DNA of 64,000 bases from contig WFRX01000140.1 in assembly GCA_015486285.1 (NCBI GenBank), positions 1,621 to 65,620 of the forward strand, given 5' to 3'. Source of the DNA: a bacterium. Its GTDB lineage: Bacteria > Desulfobacterota > DSWW01. Shown one piece after another: positions 18,487-26,997 of this stretch. Every line of letters begins with the position of its first letter. Position 1 is the stretch's first letter. The notes under the pieces are model-generated. The model had not been told where the DNA came from. It saw nothing but the letters and a program-made list of their open reading frames with translations, and made no database searches. The position numbers and the translations under genes are program-made.

Positions 18487-19578
18487 ATGCATAGAAAACT
18501 CAAGCAGACGGCACTGTGCCTCCTTGCCTGCGGAGCATTGGCGGGAGGACCGGTCTATGCCGCGGAATGCGAGAAGAGCTACTACAGCCCGAAATGGGAT
18601 GCGCAGCCGCCCACAGTCGATGTCTACAACTATGCAAGGGCGGAGACGGATACGCAATTCAAGGGATATGCGGACAAGTACAAGGCCTTTGGCAGGTTCG
18701 TACACGGCAGACAACCATACAGCGTAGAAAAACAGGTCACCCATAGCGGCAACAGGGATACCATTTACTCTTTCGGCCTCTTCGACCTTTCCAAGTCGCC
18801 GCTGACGATCACACTGCCCGAGCCCCATGGACGCTACATGTCCCTGATGCCGCTCTCTGAGAACCATGATGTCTATCCCGCTCTTTATGGACCCGGAACA
18901 TGGACATTCACCCGGGATGAAATCGGTACCCGGTACGCCATGTTCGCCCTCCGGACCTTTGCCGATCCCAACAGTGAAGAGGACATGAAGACAGCGCATA
19001 AGCTCCAGGATCTTGTCAAAGTGGAGCAGCGGGACAAGGGCGACCTGTCTGGTTTGAAAGATTGGGATCGCGAGGAAATGCTGAAACTTCGAAGGGCATT
19101 CAATACCCTCGGGAGTTCACTGTCGGACAGCTCCACCTTCTTCGGCGTCAAATGCGACAGGTCCTATCTGATGAATTGCATGGGGATCGCGGTGGGCTGG
19201 GGCGGCATGCAAAGGCGGGATGCTCTTTATATCCCCTCTCAAGTGCCCAAGAACGACGGAAAGACCGCGTATGTGCTGAATGTTCCGAAAGATGTCCCGG
19301 TGGACGGGTTCTGGTCCGTGACGGTTTACAACAAAGACCGTTTCATGGTTCCCAACAAGTACAACGCATACTCCTTCAACAACGTCACGGCCAAGAAGAA
19401 CCCGGACGGCGGCATCACGATCCATTTCGGAGGCGATCCCGCAGCGGGCAACTTCCTGCCGATCGTGGATGGATGGGTCTATATCGTAAGACTCTACAGG
19501 CCACGAAAATCGGTCTTGGACGGGACCTGGAAATTTCCTGCGGCAGTGCAAGCGAAGGGGCGGGAAGGACCCCGCTAA
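18487..19578 (+). CDS. Secreted DUF1254/DUF1214-domain protein
   Basis: Signal peptide MHRKLKQTALCLLACGALAGGPVYA and resemblance to the DUF1254+DUF1214 two-domain family. Codon usage is noticeably lower-GC than flanking genes. Confidence 0.5.
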   Translation: MHRKLKQTALCLLACGALAGGPVYAAECEKSYYSPKWDAQPPTVDVYNYARAETDTQFKGYADKYKAFGRFVHGRQPYSVEKQVTHSGNRDTIYSFGLFDLSKSPLTITLPEPHGRYMSLMPLSENHDVYPALYGPGTWTFTRDEIGTRYAMFALRTFADPNSEEDMKTAHKLQDLVKVEQRDKGDLSGLKDWDREEMLKLRRAFNTLGSSLSDSSTFFGVKCDRSYLMNCMGIAVGWGGMQRRDALYIPSQVPKNDGKTAYVLNVPKDVPVDGFWSVTVYNKDRFMVPNKYNAYSFNNVTAKKNPDGGITIHFGGDPAAGNFLPIVDGWVYIVRLYRPRKSVLDGTWKFPAAVQAKGREGPR

Positions 19579-19693
19579 GACGACGTCGGCGCGAAGAGTC
19601 TGCCCTGAGCCGAGTTTCTTCATTCGACGGTTGAGGGCGGACCGTTTCATTTTCAGGCTTTCGGCCGCCCGTCTTGTCGAGGACCTGCAGGGG

Positions 19694-20878
19694 TTACAGC
19701 CGCATCAGCAAGAGGGCCCGGATCTCCTCCCGGCTCAAGGGGACCGGGTTGTTCTTGTTGCCCGCGGTCCGGGCGATTGCGTCCAGGTCGGAGACGCGGA
19801 TCCCGTACCGGCTCAACCGGGGGATCGTGAGCGTCTCGGTCCACATGTCGATGGTCTCCATCAACCGATCGCAGAGGGAATCGAGGTCTTCCGGCCGGTA
19901 GTCCCTGCCGGTCACGAGGGCGCCGATCCGCGCATACTTCTCGAGGGCTGCAGCGTCTCCCTCGCCCTGCCCGCGAAGCTTTTTGACGGTGATCCGGGTC
20001 GCCGCGCCGACCAGTGTGCCGCAGACGACCCCGTGGGGAATGGAGAAGGCGCCGCCGATCGGCGAGGCGAGGCCGTGCACGATGCCCAGGCCCGCGTTGG
20101 CCAGGGTCACTCCCGACACGAGGGAGGCATACGCCATGGCCGCCCTCGTGTCGATGCTGTCCCCGCGTGTCGTGCAGGCCGGAATCAGGCTGTCCTTCAG
20201 ATGGGCGATCCCGCTGAAGGCCAGGGCATCGGTGACCGGCCCGGCCCGGGTGGACACGTAGGATTCGAGCAGCTGCGTAAATGCATCCATCCCGCAGGCC
20301 GCGGAGACCTCAGGAGGGCACGAAACCGCCAGCTCCGGGTCGACGACCGCCACGTCCGGGACGAAGCGATCATGGCGGATCGATTTCTTGAACCCCTGCG
20401 GGCCGACCTGGCTCAGCACCGCATTCTTGGTGGCCTCGCTGCCCGTGCCCGAGGTGGTCGGGACCGCCACGAAGGGGACCTTTTCTCCGTTGTGCGTTGC
20501 GGTTCCGATGCCTTCGAGAAAATCGTATACAGAAGCGTTCTGAGGCAGCATGGCGGAAACCGCCTTGCCCGCGTCTACAACGCTTCCCCCGCCCACAGCC
20601 AGGACGACCCGGATCCCCCGGTCCCGGAACCGGGATACGGTCTGATCCACGAAATCAGGAGAGGGCTCCCCCTTTACGGTTACGCGGGAAAAACGGATGG
20701 ATTCCTGTGCGAGCCCCTTGACGAGGGCGTCCCATTTCCCCGATCTCTCCAGGGAGGAGGCCCCCGTGACGACCAGGATGGGGTCGCCCATCTCCCTGAT
20801 GATCGCGCTGAGGCGACGGAACTCGCCGGCTCCGAATCGTATGGCGGGTACTCCGGAAAAGGTGAACGGTTGGATCAT
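19694..20878 (-). CDS. Iron-containing (group III) alcohol dehydrogenase
   Basis: GGGSVVDAGKA, a His-rich metal site (GIVHGLASPIGGAFSIPHGV); start at the internal ATG (cat 20876-20878) with a GGGAGAAG SD. Confidence 0.85.
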   Translation of the reverse strand: MIQPFTFSGVPAIRFGAGEFRRLSAIIREMGDPILVVTGASSLERSGKWDALVKGLAQESIRFSRVTVKGEPSPDFVDQTVSRFRDRGIRVVLAVGGGSVVDAGKAVSAMLPQNASVYDFLEGIGTATHNGEKVPFVAVPTTSGTGSEATKNAVLSQVGPQGFKKSIRHDRFVPDVAVVDPELAVSCPPEVSAACGMDAFTQLLESYVSTRAGPVTDALAFSGIAHLKDSLIPACTTRGDSIDTRAAMAYASLVSGVTLANAGLGIVHGLASPIGGAFSIPHGVVCGTLVGAATRITVKKLRGQGEGDAAALEKYARIGALVTGRDYRPEDLDSLCDRLMETIDMWTETLTIPRLSRYGIRVSDLDAIARTAGNKNNPVPLSREEIRALLLMRL

Positions 20879-21095
20879 GGCCGCTTCTCCCTGAACGAGG
20901 CTGTCGACAGATGGGTGCTTCCATAGTAGCGTCCTTGAAACAGATCGCAAACAGCCCGTTCTCGCCCGATATCCCTATCCTGTTTGCCATCCCCCCGGCG
21001 GACGGATATTCTGGTGCCGTCGCCTTTTTCGCTTTCCCTTGCGGGAAGAGTGCGGCACCGGATCCATCCGTTTGCAGCCCCACGAGGAGCCCCGT

Positions 21096-22325
21096 ATGCA
21101 GGTTACACCCGCCCACCGGACCCTGGCCGAGAAATTCGTGTTCCAGCAGGGCCGCCGGGACGCCTTCGTACCCGACTCGCTCCTGGACCTGGTCACCTTT
21201 CTGTATACCGAAGAAGAGGCGGAGATCGTCTCCGCCCTGGGGTTTGTCGGCCTTCCGGCGCGGGCCGTCGCGCGCAGGCTGAGGCGCCCTGTCCGGGAGG
21301 TGAGGCCGATCCTGGAATCCCTTGCCGACCGGTTCCTGATCGCGGGCCTTTCGTTGAAGGGCATCCAGGTCTACGGCCGCATGCCCCTTGCCCCGGGGGT
21401 CTTCGAGGCCCAGATGATCCGCAGCAAAGGGGAATTCGGCGAGTACTACAAGGAATTTTCCCGCCTCTTCGAGGCCTTCTACGAAGAGATCTGCACGTGG
21501 CTCAAGCCCAGGCTGGAGGGGAAAGACGTGCGCTTCGGCCGGATCATTCCGGTCCAGCAGTCCCTCGAGCATTCGCCCGGCATCAGCGTGATGGCCCTTG
21601 CCTCGGACAAATTTCTGGAGACGGTCGATCGGAACCACAGTTTCGCCCTGGTTCATGTGTGCAGCTGCCGGCACGAGGCGGATCTGCTCGGAAAGGGGTG
21701 CGGTAAGCCGAAGGACGTGTGCGCGGCCATGGGCCGGCTGGCGGACCTGGTCGTTGACAAGGGGATGGGCCGGAGGGTCTCGAAGGAGGAGTTCGTCGAC
21801 GCGAAGGTGCGAGCGGCCGACGCGGGGCTGGTGAACCTGGTCGACAACCTGGAAAACCCGCTCCAGGTGTGCTCGTGCTGCGGGTGCTGTTGCGGTGCCC
21901 TTCGCATCCTCAGCCGGTTCAACATCCCTACCATCATCGCGAAAAGCCACTTCGAGGCGGCGATCGACCCGGGCAAGTGCGTCGGCTGTGGTATCTGCGC
22001 GGAGGTCTGCCCCATGGACGCGATCACCCTGCAGAAGGCGACGCCGAGGGCGAGAAAGAAGAAAACGGCGGTGATCGATCCGGCCCGCTGCATCGGCTGC
22101 GGCCTGTGCGTGGTCAAGTGCGACAAACAGAGGGCGGTCTCACTTCGTGCGCGCGAAGACTACAAGCCGCCCGCAAAGAGCGTGGTGGAGTACACCTTGA
22201 ACCGGTATCTGGAGGTGAAAGGTGTCGAAAACCCGATCCTGGACAGGGTCGGGCTGGGCGTGAGCCGCCTGCTCGAAAAATACTCCCCCCTTCACGTTTC
22301 AGGGCCCGGGTACCGGCCGAAATAG
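21096..22325 (+). CDS. Fe-S cluster protein: two CxxCxxCxxxCP ferredoxin motifs plus an unusual Cys-rich CSCCGCCCG motif
   Basis: KCVGCGICAEVCP and RCIGCGLCVVKC dicluster motifs; VCSCCGCCCGALR upstream. ATG 21096 with a GAGGAG SD. Confidence 0.55.
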   Translation: MQVTPAHRTLAEKFVFQQGRRDAFVPDSLLDLVTFLYTEEEAEIVSALGFVGLPARAVARRLRRPVREVRPILESLADRFLIAGLSLKGIQVYGRMPLAPGVFEAQMIRSKGEFGEYYKEFSRLFEAFYEEICTWLKPRLEGKDVRFGRIIPVQQSLEHSPGISVMALASDKFLETVDRNHSFALVHVCSCRHEADLLGKGCGKPKDVCAAMGRLADLVVDKGMGRRVSKEEFVDAKVRAADAGLVNLVDNLENPLQVCSCCGCCCGALRILSRFNIPTIIAKSHFEAAIDPGKCVGCGICAEVCPMDAITLQKATPRARKKKTAVIDPARCIGCGLCVVKCDKQRAVSLRAREDYKPPAKSVVEYTLNRYLEVKGVENPILDRVGLGVSRLLEKYSPLHVSGPGYRPK

Positions 22326-22393
22326 GATCCGGCGGCCGGCTTCGGGAAGCATGCCGCGCAAAAGATGGATCGGCCGGAACACCTGCCCGCCGG

Positions 22394-23551
22394 TCAGGAA
22401 GGCCGGCTATAGAATTCCTGCACGGAGGCGACCACCCTGCCCGCGTCTTCGTCCGACATCTCGTAATAGAGCGGCAGCCTCAGCAGTCGGCCGCTCAAGT
22501 CTTCGGTTACGGCCAGATGTCCGGCCGTCCGCCCGTATCTTCTCCCGGCCGGCGAAGAATGAAGGGGCACATAGTGGATCACGGCCAGGATTCCGCAGGC
22601 GTCGAGGTGCTTGATGAGCCGCGTCCGCTCCTCCGTGGTGCGGGCAATCAGGTAGAAAAGATGGCCGTTGGCCACACTGTCGTTTTCCACCCATGGAAGC
22701 CGAACGAGCCCTGCCTCCTCGAGGGGGCGCAGGGAGCGGTGGTACAGGTCGAAGATGCGGCGCCTGGCGGCGATGATCTTTTCCGCCTGCTCGAGCTGGG
22801 CGAACAGGAAGGCCCCCACCAGTTCGCCGGGCAGGAAAGAGGATCCGATATCCACCCACGTGTAATGGTCCACCTCGCCCGCGAAGAACCGGCTCCGGTT
22901 CGTTCCCTTCTCGCGGATGACCTCGGCCCTTTCGACCAGCCGCGTATCGTTGACGAGCAGGGCCCCCCCTTCGCCGCTGATGATGTTTTTCGTCTCGTGG
23001 AAGCTCAGGCAGCCCAGGTGCCCGATGGTGCCGAGGCATCGACCCTGGTAGGTGGACAGCAGCGCCTGCGCCGCATCCTCGACCACCCACAAGCCGTGCC
23101 TCTCGGCGATTTCCATGATCACGTCCATGGCGCACGGTCCGCCCGCGTAATGCATGGGCACGACCGCCTTCGTCTTCGGCGTGATCGCCTTCTCCACCTG
23201 CTGCTCGTCCATGTTGAGGGTGTCGGGCCGGATGTCCACGAAAACGGGACACGCCCCGCGCAACACGAAGGCGTTGGCCGTGGAGACGAAGGTGAAAGAA
23301 GGCACGATGACTTCATCGCCGGGCTGGATGTCGCAGAGGATGGCGGCCATTTCGAGCGCGGCCGTGCATGAATGGGTCAGCAAGGCCCTGGCGCAGCCCA
23401 GGGTTCGCTCCAGCCATGCCTGGCATTGCTTCGAAAAGGGGCCGTCCCCGGCGAGGTGCGAGGAGGCCATGACCGCCTGGGCGATATAGTGCAGCTCCTT
23501 GCCGACCAGGAACGGTTTGTTGAAGGGGATCCTCGTTTCGTTCTTTTTCAG
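22394..23551 (-). CDS. DegT/DnrJ/EryC1/StrS-family sugar aminotransferase (WecE/ArnB-like, makes a nucleotide-4-amino-4,6-dideoxy- or 4-amino-pentose sugar)
   Basis: Near-colinear match to remembered E. coli WecE (IPFNKPF..., LLTHSCTAALEMAA, GDEVIVPSFTFVSTANAFVLRGA, HETKNIISGEGGALLVND, REKGTNRS). No in-frame ATG/GTG/TTG before IPFNKPF; a CTG at 23549-23551 sits 5 nt after a GGGAGGA SD (start uncertain). Confidence 0.75.
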   Translation of the reverse strand: MKKNETRIPFNKPFLVGKELHYIAQAVMASSHLAGDGPFSKQCQAWLERTLGCARALLTHSCTAALEMAAILCDIQPGDEVIVPSFTFVSTANAFVLRGACPVFVDIRPDTLNMDEQQVEKAITPKTKAVVPMHYAGGPCAMDVIMEIAERHGLWVVEDAAQALLSTYQGRCLGTIGHLGCLSFHETKNIISGEGGALLVNDTRLVERAEVIREKGTNRSRFFAGEVDHYTWVDIGSSFLPGELVGAFLFAQLEQAEKIIAARRRIFDLYHRSLRPLEEAGLVRLPWVENDSVANGHLFYLIARTTEERTRLIKHLDACGILAVIHYVPLHSSPAGRRYGRTAGHLAVTEDLSGRLLRLPLYYEMSDEDAGRVVASVQEFYSRPS

Positions 23552-23583
23552 GGTGTCCTCCCGGTCTCCTCGATACGCGGATT

Positions 23584-24237
23584 TCAGTCGTCGAAGGACA
23601 GCGTCTTCTTGACGACGGCCGGAACACCGGCGATCAGCGCATGGTCCGGCACGTCTTTCGTAACGACGGATCCCGCGGCGGTCTGCACGTTCATGCCGAC
23701 GCGGACCCCGTCGATGCAGGTCGTGTTGATGCCGAGAAAACAACACGGACCGATTTCGGTATGTCCGGCAAGGTTTACGGCCGGTGCGCAGAATGTATGG
23801 GCCCCGATCGTCACATGATGCGAGACGAAGCACCGGGAAGACAGGAGCACGTTCTCCCCGACACGGGCATGCATGTCGATCGTGCAGTCGACCAGCACGA
23901 TCGATCCCTCCTTGAGAAGGGCGGACTTCTCCACGTACGAGCTTGGGTGTACGAATGTGGCGATCGGAACGCCCCGTTCCTTCAGGGCCGCATAGATCTC
24001 CCTGCGGAATTTCCTCTGTTTGTATCCGACAGCGATCGCCACGGCGTCGAAGGCCCCTTTCCCGAACGCCGCCGGGATGTCTTTCGCCCCGCCGAGGACG
24101 GGCCTGTCATGCTTGAGCGCGCCCGCTGCCTCGAAATCGTCGAACATGCCGACGATGCTCGCGAATCCGGTCTCTTCAAAATAGTAGATCAGGCGATCAC
24201 TCAGCTCGCCCGACCCCACCATGGCAATCTTCTGCAT
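23584..24237 (-). CDS. Hexapeptide-repeat (left-handed beta-helix) sugar N-acetyltransferase, NeuD/PglD family
   Basis: N-terminal Rossmann-like MVGSGELSDRL plus C-terminal hexapeptide repeats, in a sugar-modification context. Confidence 0.7.
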   Translation of the reverse strand: MQKIAMVGSGELSDRLIYYFEETGFASIVGMFDDFEAAGALKHDRPVLGGAKDIPAAFGKGAFDAVAIAVGYKQRKFRREIYAALKERGVPIATFVHPSSYVEKSALLKEGSIVLVDCTIDMHARVGENVLLSSRCFVSHHVTIGAHTFCAPAVNLAGHTEIGPCCFLGINTTCIDGVRVGMNVQTAAGSVVTKDVPDHALIAGVPAVVKKTLSFDD

Positions 24238-24262
24238 ACGTTCCCTGCTTTACGAGGCCGCC

Positions 24263-24296
24263 CCAAAAGTCCCATCTGCGGCTGAATCGGCTTGGA
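24263..24296 (+). repeat. Copy 3 of the short repeat family (CCCCAAAAGTCCCATCTGCGGCTGAATCGGCTTGG), fused to the left arm of the palindromic element
   Basis: 19-nt identity (CAAAAGTCCCATYTGCGGC) with copy 1. Confidence 0.45.
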
Positions 24297-24475
24297 AAGA
24301 TCGCTGTGGTTCCATGCGGTACTCGAGTGATTCCGTGCAGTCCGGGGTGCCGTCGGAGATTTGCGCCGGGCGACTTCGGGGGAGGGAGAGACGGAGCCCA
24401 AGCAAATCGGAGACGGGATCCCGGACTGCACGGAACGGCAAGCTTCCTGTGAAACATAGCGATCTTTCCAAGCCG
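24286..24475. repeat. About 190-bp nested palindromic (long-hairpin) intergenic element between the GT2 and acetyltransferase genes
   Basis: Outer arms ATCGGCTTGGAAAGATCGCT (24286-24305) / TAGCGATCTTTCCAAGCCGCGAT (24453-24475). Inner arms TTCCGTGCAGTCCGGG (24338-24353) / CCCGGACTGCACGGAA (24417-24432). Further partial symmetry around 24380. Small artefactual ORFs on both strands in the track reflect the symmetry. Confidence 0.6.
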
Positions 24476-24480
24476 CGATG

Positions 24481-25410
24481 CTAGACATCTTTTTCCCGGA
24501 TCAGGTACTGCGGCGCCTGGTTCACCTCCTGAATGATGCGCAGAAGATACTCTCCGATGATGCCGAGCGAAAACATGACGGCCCCCGAAAAGAACAGGAG
24601 GAGAAGAACAAGGGTCATCCACCCGGGCACGGTGATGCGCCCCAGGAAGAAGAGCGTCAAGTAATATCCGCCGAGGGCGAAGGCGATGAACATGCTCAGA
24701 AGCCCCATGAAAAACACCCCTTTCAGGGGAAGGGTGCTGTGATACAGCACGCCGTGAAGGAAGTGCCGGGCGAGCTTTCCCGCCGTGTAGGTCGTTCTTC
24801 CGTGGGGGCGCGGGAGATGCTCTACGGTGATGTTTCCGATCTTGTCCGTTATTTGCAGGATCAGCAGGCCCACCGCGGGGTTCGGTGTGCGCATGTGGAG
24901 GAGGTTTTCGATCACGGCCCGCCGAATGATCCGGAAATTGCTCATTTGAAACACCGGATCCTGCTTGAACATCATGGAAACGAGTCGGCGGTACGCAAAG
25001 CTCCCCGCATTTCTCACCCGGGACTGTTTCCTGGTTGCCGGTGTTCCGCAGACCATGTCGAGCCCTGTCCGGCGAATCTCCTCGATCAATCTCGGGATCT
25101 CCTCGGGCGGGTTCTGAAGGTCATCATCGATCGTGACGACATACTCTCCGGAAGCGAAAGAAAAGCCGCACATGAGGGCGTTGTGCTGCCCGAAATTTCT
25201 CGTGAGCCTGACGATTTTCACCCGCTTGTCCTGCTCACGCAGCGATTGCATGACCTCCCAGCTCGAGTCCCCGCCCCCGTCCTCCACGAGGATCAGCTCG
25301 TAATCGCCCCGCACGCCTTCCAGCGCCTTGTCGATGCGTTCATAGAGTTCCCGCAAGGACCGTTCGCTCTTGTAAACCGGTACAACGATGGAATAGAGCG
25401 CTTCGCTCAC
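24481..25410 (-). CDS. GT2-family polyprenyl-phosphate sugar transferase (ArnC/GtrB/DPM1-like) with C-terminal TM helices
   Basis: YSIVVPVYKSE...LVEDGGGD...TIDDDLQNPPEEI GT-A motifs plus two C-terminal TM segments. GTG start overlapping the Kce stop. Confidence 0.8.
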   Translation of the reverse strand: MSEALYSIVVPVYKSERSLRELYERIDKALEGVRGDYELILVEDGGGDSSWEVMQSLREQDKRVKIVRLTRNFGQHNALMCGFSFASGEYVVTIDDDLQNPPEEIPRLIEEIRRTGLDMVCGTPATRKQSRVRNAGSFAYRRLVSMMFKQDPVFQMSNFRIIRRAVIENLLHMRTPNPAVGLLILQITDKIGNITVEHLPRPHGRTTYTAGKLARHFLHGVLYHSTLPLKGVFFMGLLSMFIAFALGGYYLTLFFLGRITVPGWMTLVLLLLFFSGAVMFSLGIIGEYLLRIIQEVNQAPQYLIREKDV

Positions 25411-26246
25411 GATGCCAACCCCAGGCGTTCTCTTGTCGTTCTTATGCCGGCGGGCCGCCTCCCCATGGCTTTCGCGATGTCGAGCACCCGTTCGATGAGA
25501 TCCCGGTTGGAAGCCGGCCGCGTCCGATCTTCATCGTACCATATGTTGTCTTCCAGCCCCACCCGTACACCGCCGCCCGCGACGATGGCCATGGCGTTCA
25601 TTCGCAGCTGCGAATCGCCCACACCCCCTACGGACCAGATCGCGCCTTCCGGCAGATCATTGATCATAAGGCCCAGAGAAAGCATGTTGGCCTGCGCACA
25701 CGCGATGTTCCCCAAAATCAAATTGAAATAATAGGGCGGTTTGAGCCATCCCTTCCGGATCAGGTACTTCGCATAATTGATCATCCCGAGATCGAAAACT
25801 TCCAGCTCCGGTCGGATGCCCTTGTCCATCATCTTCCTGGCCAGGGCCTGAATCATCTCCGGGCTGTTCACGCTCGCCTGCTTGTTGAAATTGAGCGAAC
25901 TGAGCGTCAGGCTTCCGAAATCCGGCTTCAACCCGCCCGCCAGGTCCAGGGCCTCGGAGCGCTGCTCGAACTCGAAGAAATTCCTGCCGCTCGTCGAAAC
26001 GCTGATCACCAGGTCCTTGTGGCTGGAACGAATGCCGCTGATGATCGCGGCGTACACCTCTTTCTTGTAGGTCGGAAGGCCGGTTGCCGGGTCCCGGGCA
26101 TGAAGGTGAACCATGTTCACGCCCATCTCCGCGACCTCGTTCACCTGCTCGACGATTTCTTCGGGCGTAACCGGCACCTTGGATGTCGTCTCCTTGGTCG
26201 GGATCATGCCCGTGGGCGTGAAATTGATGATCAGATCTTTCTTCAT
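25407..26246 (-). CDS. BKACE-family (3-keto-5-aminohexanoate cleavage enzyme-like, DUF849) protein
   Basis: TIM-barrel Kce-like sequence (MKKDLIINFTPTGM..., VHLHARDP, GVRVGLEDN). Start at internal ATG 26246 overlapping the WbqC stop. Confidence 0.6.
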   Translation of the reverse strand: MKKDLIINFTPTGMIPTKETTSKVPVTPEEIVEQVNEVAEMGVNMVHLHARDPATGLPTYKKEVYAAIISGIRSSHKDLVISVSTSGRNFFEFEQRSEALDLAGGLKPDFGSLTLSSLNFNKQASVNSPEMIQALARKMMDKGIRPELEVFDLGMINYAKYLIRKGWLKPPYYFNLILGNIACAQANMLSLGLMINDLPEGAIWSVGGVGDSQLRMNAMAIVAGGGVRVGLEDNIWYDEDRTRPASNRDLIERVLDIAKAMGRRPAGIRTTRERLGLAS

Positions 26247-26986
26247 GCCCGAGCGCCTCCTTCCCGGCCCCTCGAGGGGGATGGAAAACTCAACATGCAC
26301 TCCTTCGCCCCTTCCGGCCCCTTGTTCAGGATCAGATCGAGGATGCTCACCTCATGGATGAAAGGGGGAGAGAAGAGCTGATCATATTCCGGATATCCTC
26401 CGTAGTCCATCCAGTTCACGCGGATCCCCTGCTCCCGGAACAGGCCTTCGTCCAGGTAGGCCTTTGCCGCGGGGCCGGAAAGATACTCCGTAGCTCCGGC
26501 CTGCAGGCAGAGGTGGACCAGGCGCCCGGTCTTCCCCTCCACCGCCGGCCCGTAGTCCATGGACCAGCTCAACCGTGTTCGTATGCCGAGCAGGTCGGCG
26601 ATGGCCCGCAGGAAGAGAGCGTTGATCCTGCTCAGGTGCGTTTCCTCTTCGCATTCCGAGTACAGGCTTTGCAGCAGGGGGCGCAAGGGCTCGAAATGGG
26701 GGGCCCGCGCATAATTCCTGCAAAGGGACTTCCAGTGCCTGACGGGCCACCTCCTGTCGCTCACCACGACGTCCCGGATCTCCTGACCGTACCGGCCTTT
26801 CGTCTTCACGGGGATGGTCAACCAGACGGCGCCCCCCGGCGTCTTGATCCGATTTCGGTTCCGCCATCCGCGCGGAGAGTATTGGACATCATCGTAGAGG
26901 ATAAACTCGTCTACTTTGTTGATGAGGTCGAAATATCCCTTCCATGGGATATAGCATGATTGAACGATCGCTACACATTTTCCCAT
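26243..26986 (-). CDS. WbqC-like family protein (polysaccharide-cluster protein of unknown function)
   Basis: MGKCVAIVQSCYIPWKGYFDLI... resembles WbqC. The long GC-rich N-terminal extension in the track is ignored; the ATG is at 26984-26986. Confidence 0.6.
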   Translation of the reverse strand: MGKCVAIVQSCYIPWKGYFDLINKVDEFILYDDVQYSPRGWRNRNRIKTPGGAVWLTIPVKTKGRYGQEIRDVVVSDRRWPVRHWKSLCRNYARAPHFEPLRPLLQSLYSECEEETHLSRINALFLRAIADLLGIRTRLSWSMDYGPAVEGKTGRLVHLCLQAGATEYLSGPAAKAYLDEGLFREQGIRVNWMDYGGYPEYDQLFSPPFIHEVSILDLILNKGPEGAKECMLSFPSPSRGREGGARA

Positions 26987-26997
26987 CCGTTCGCCTG

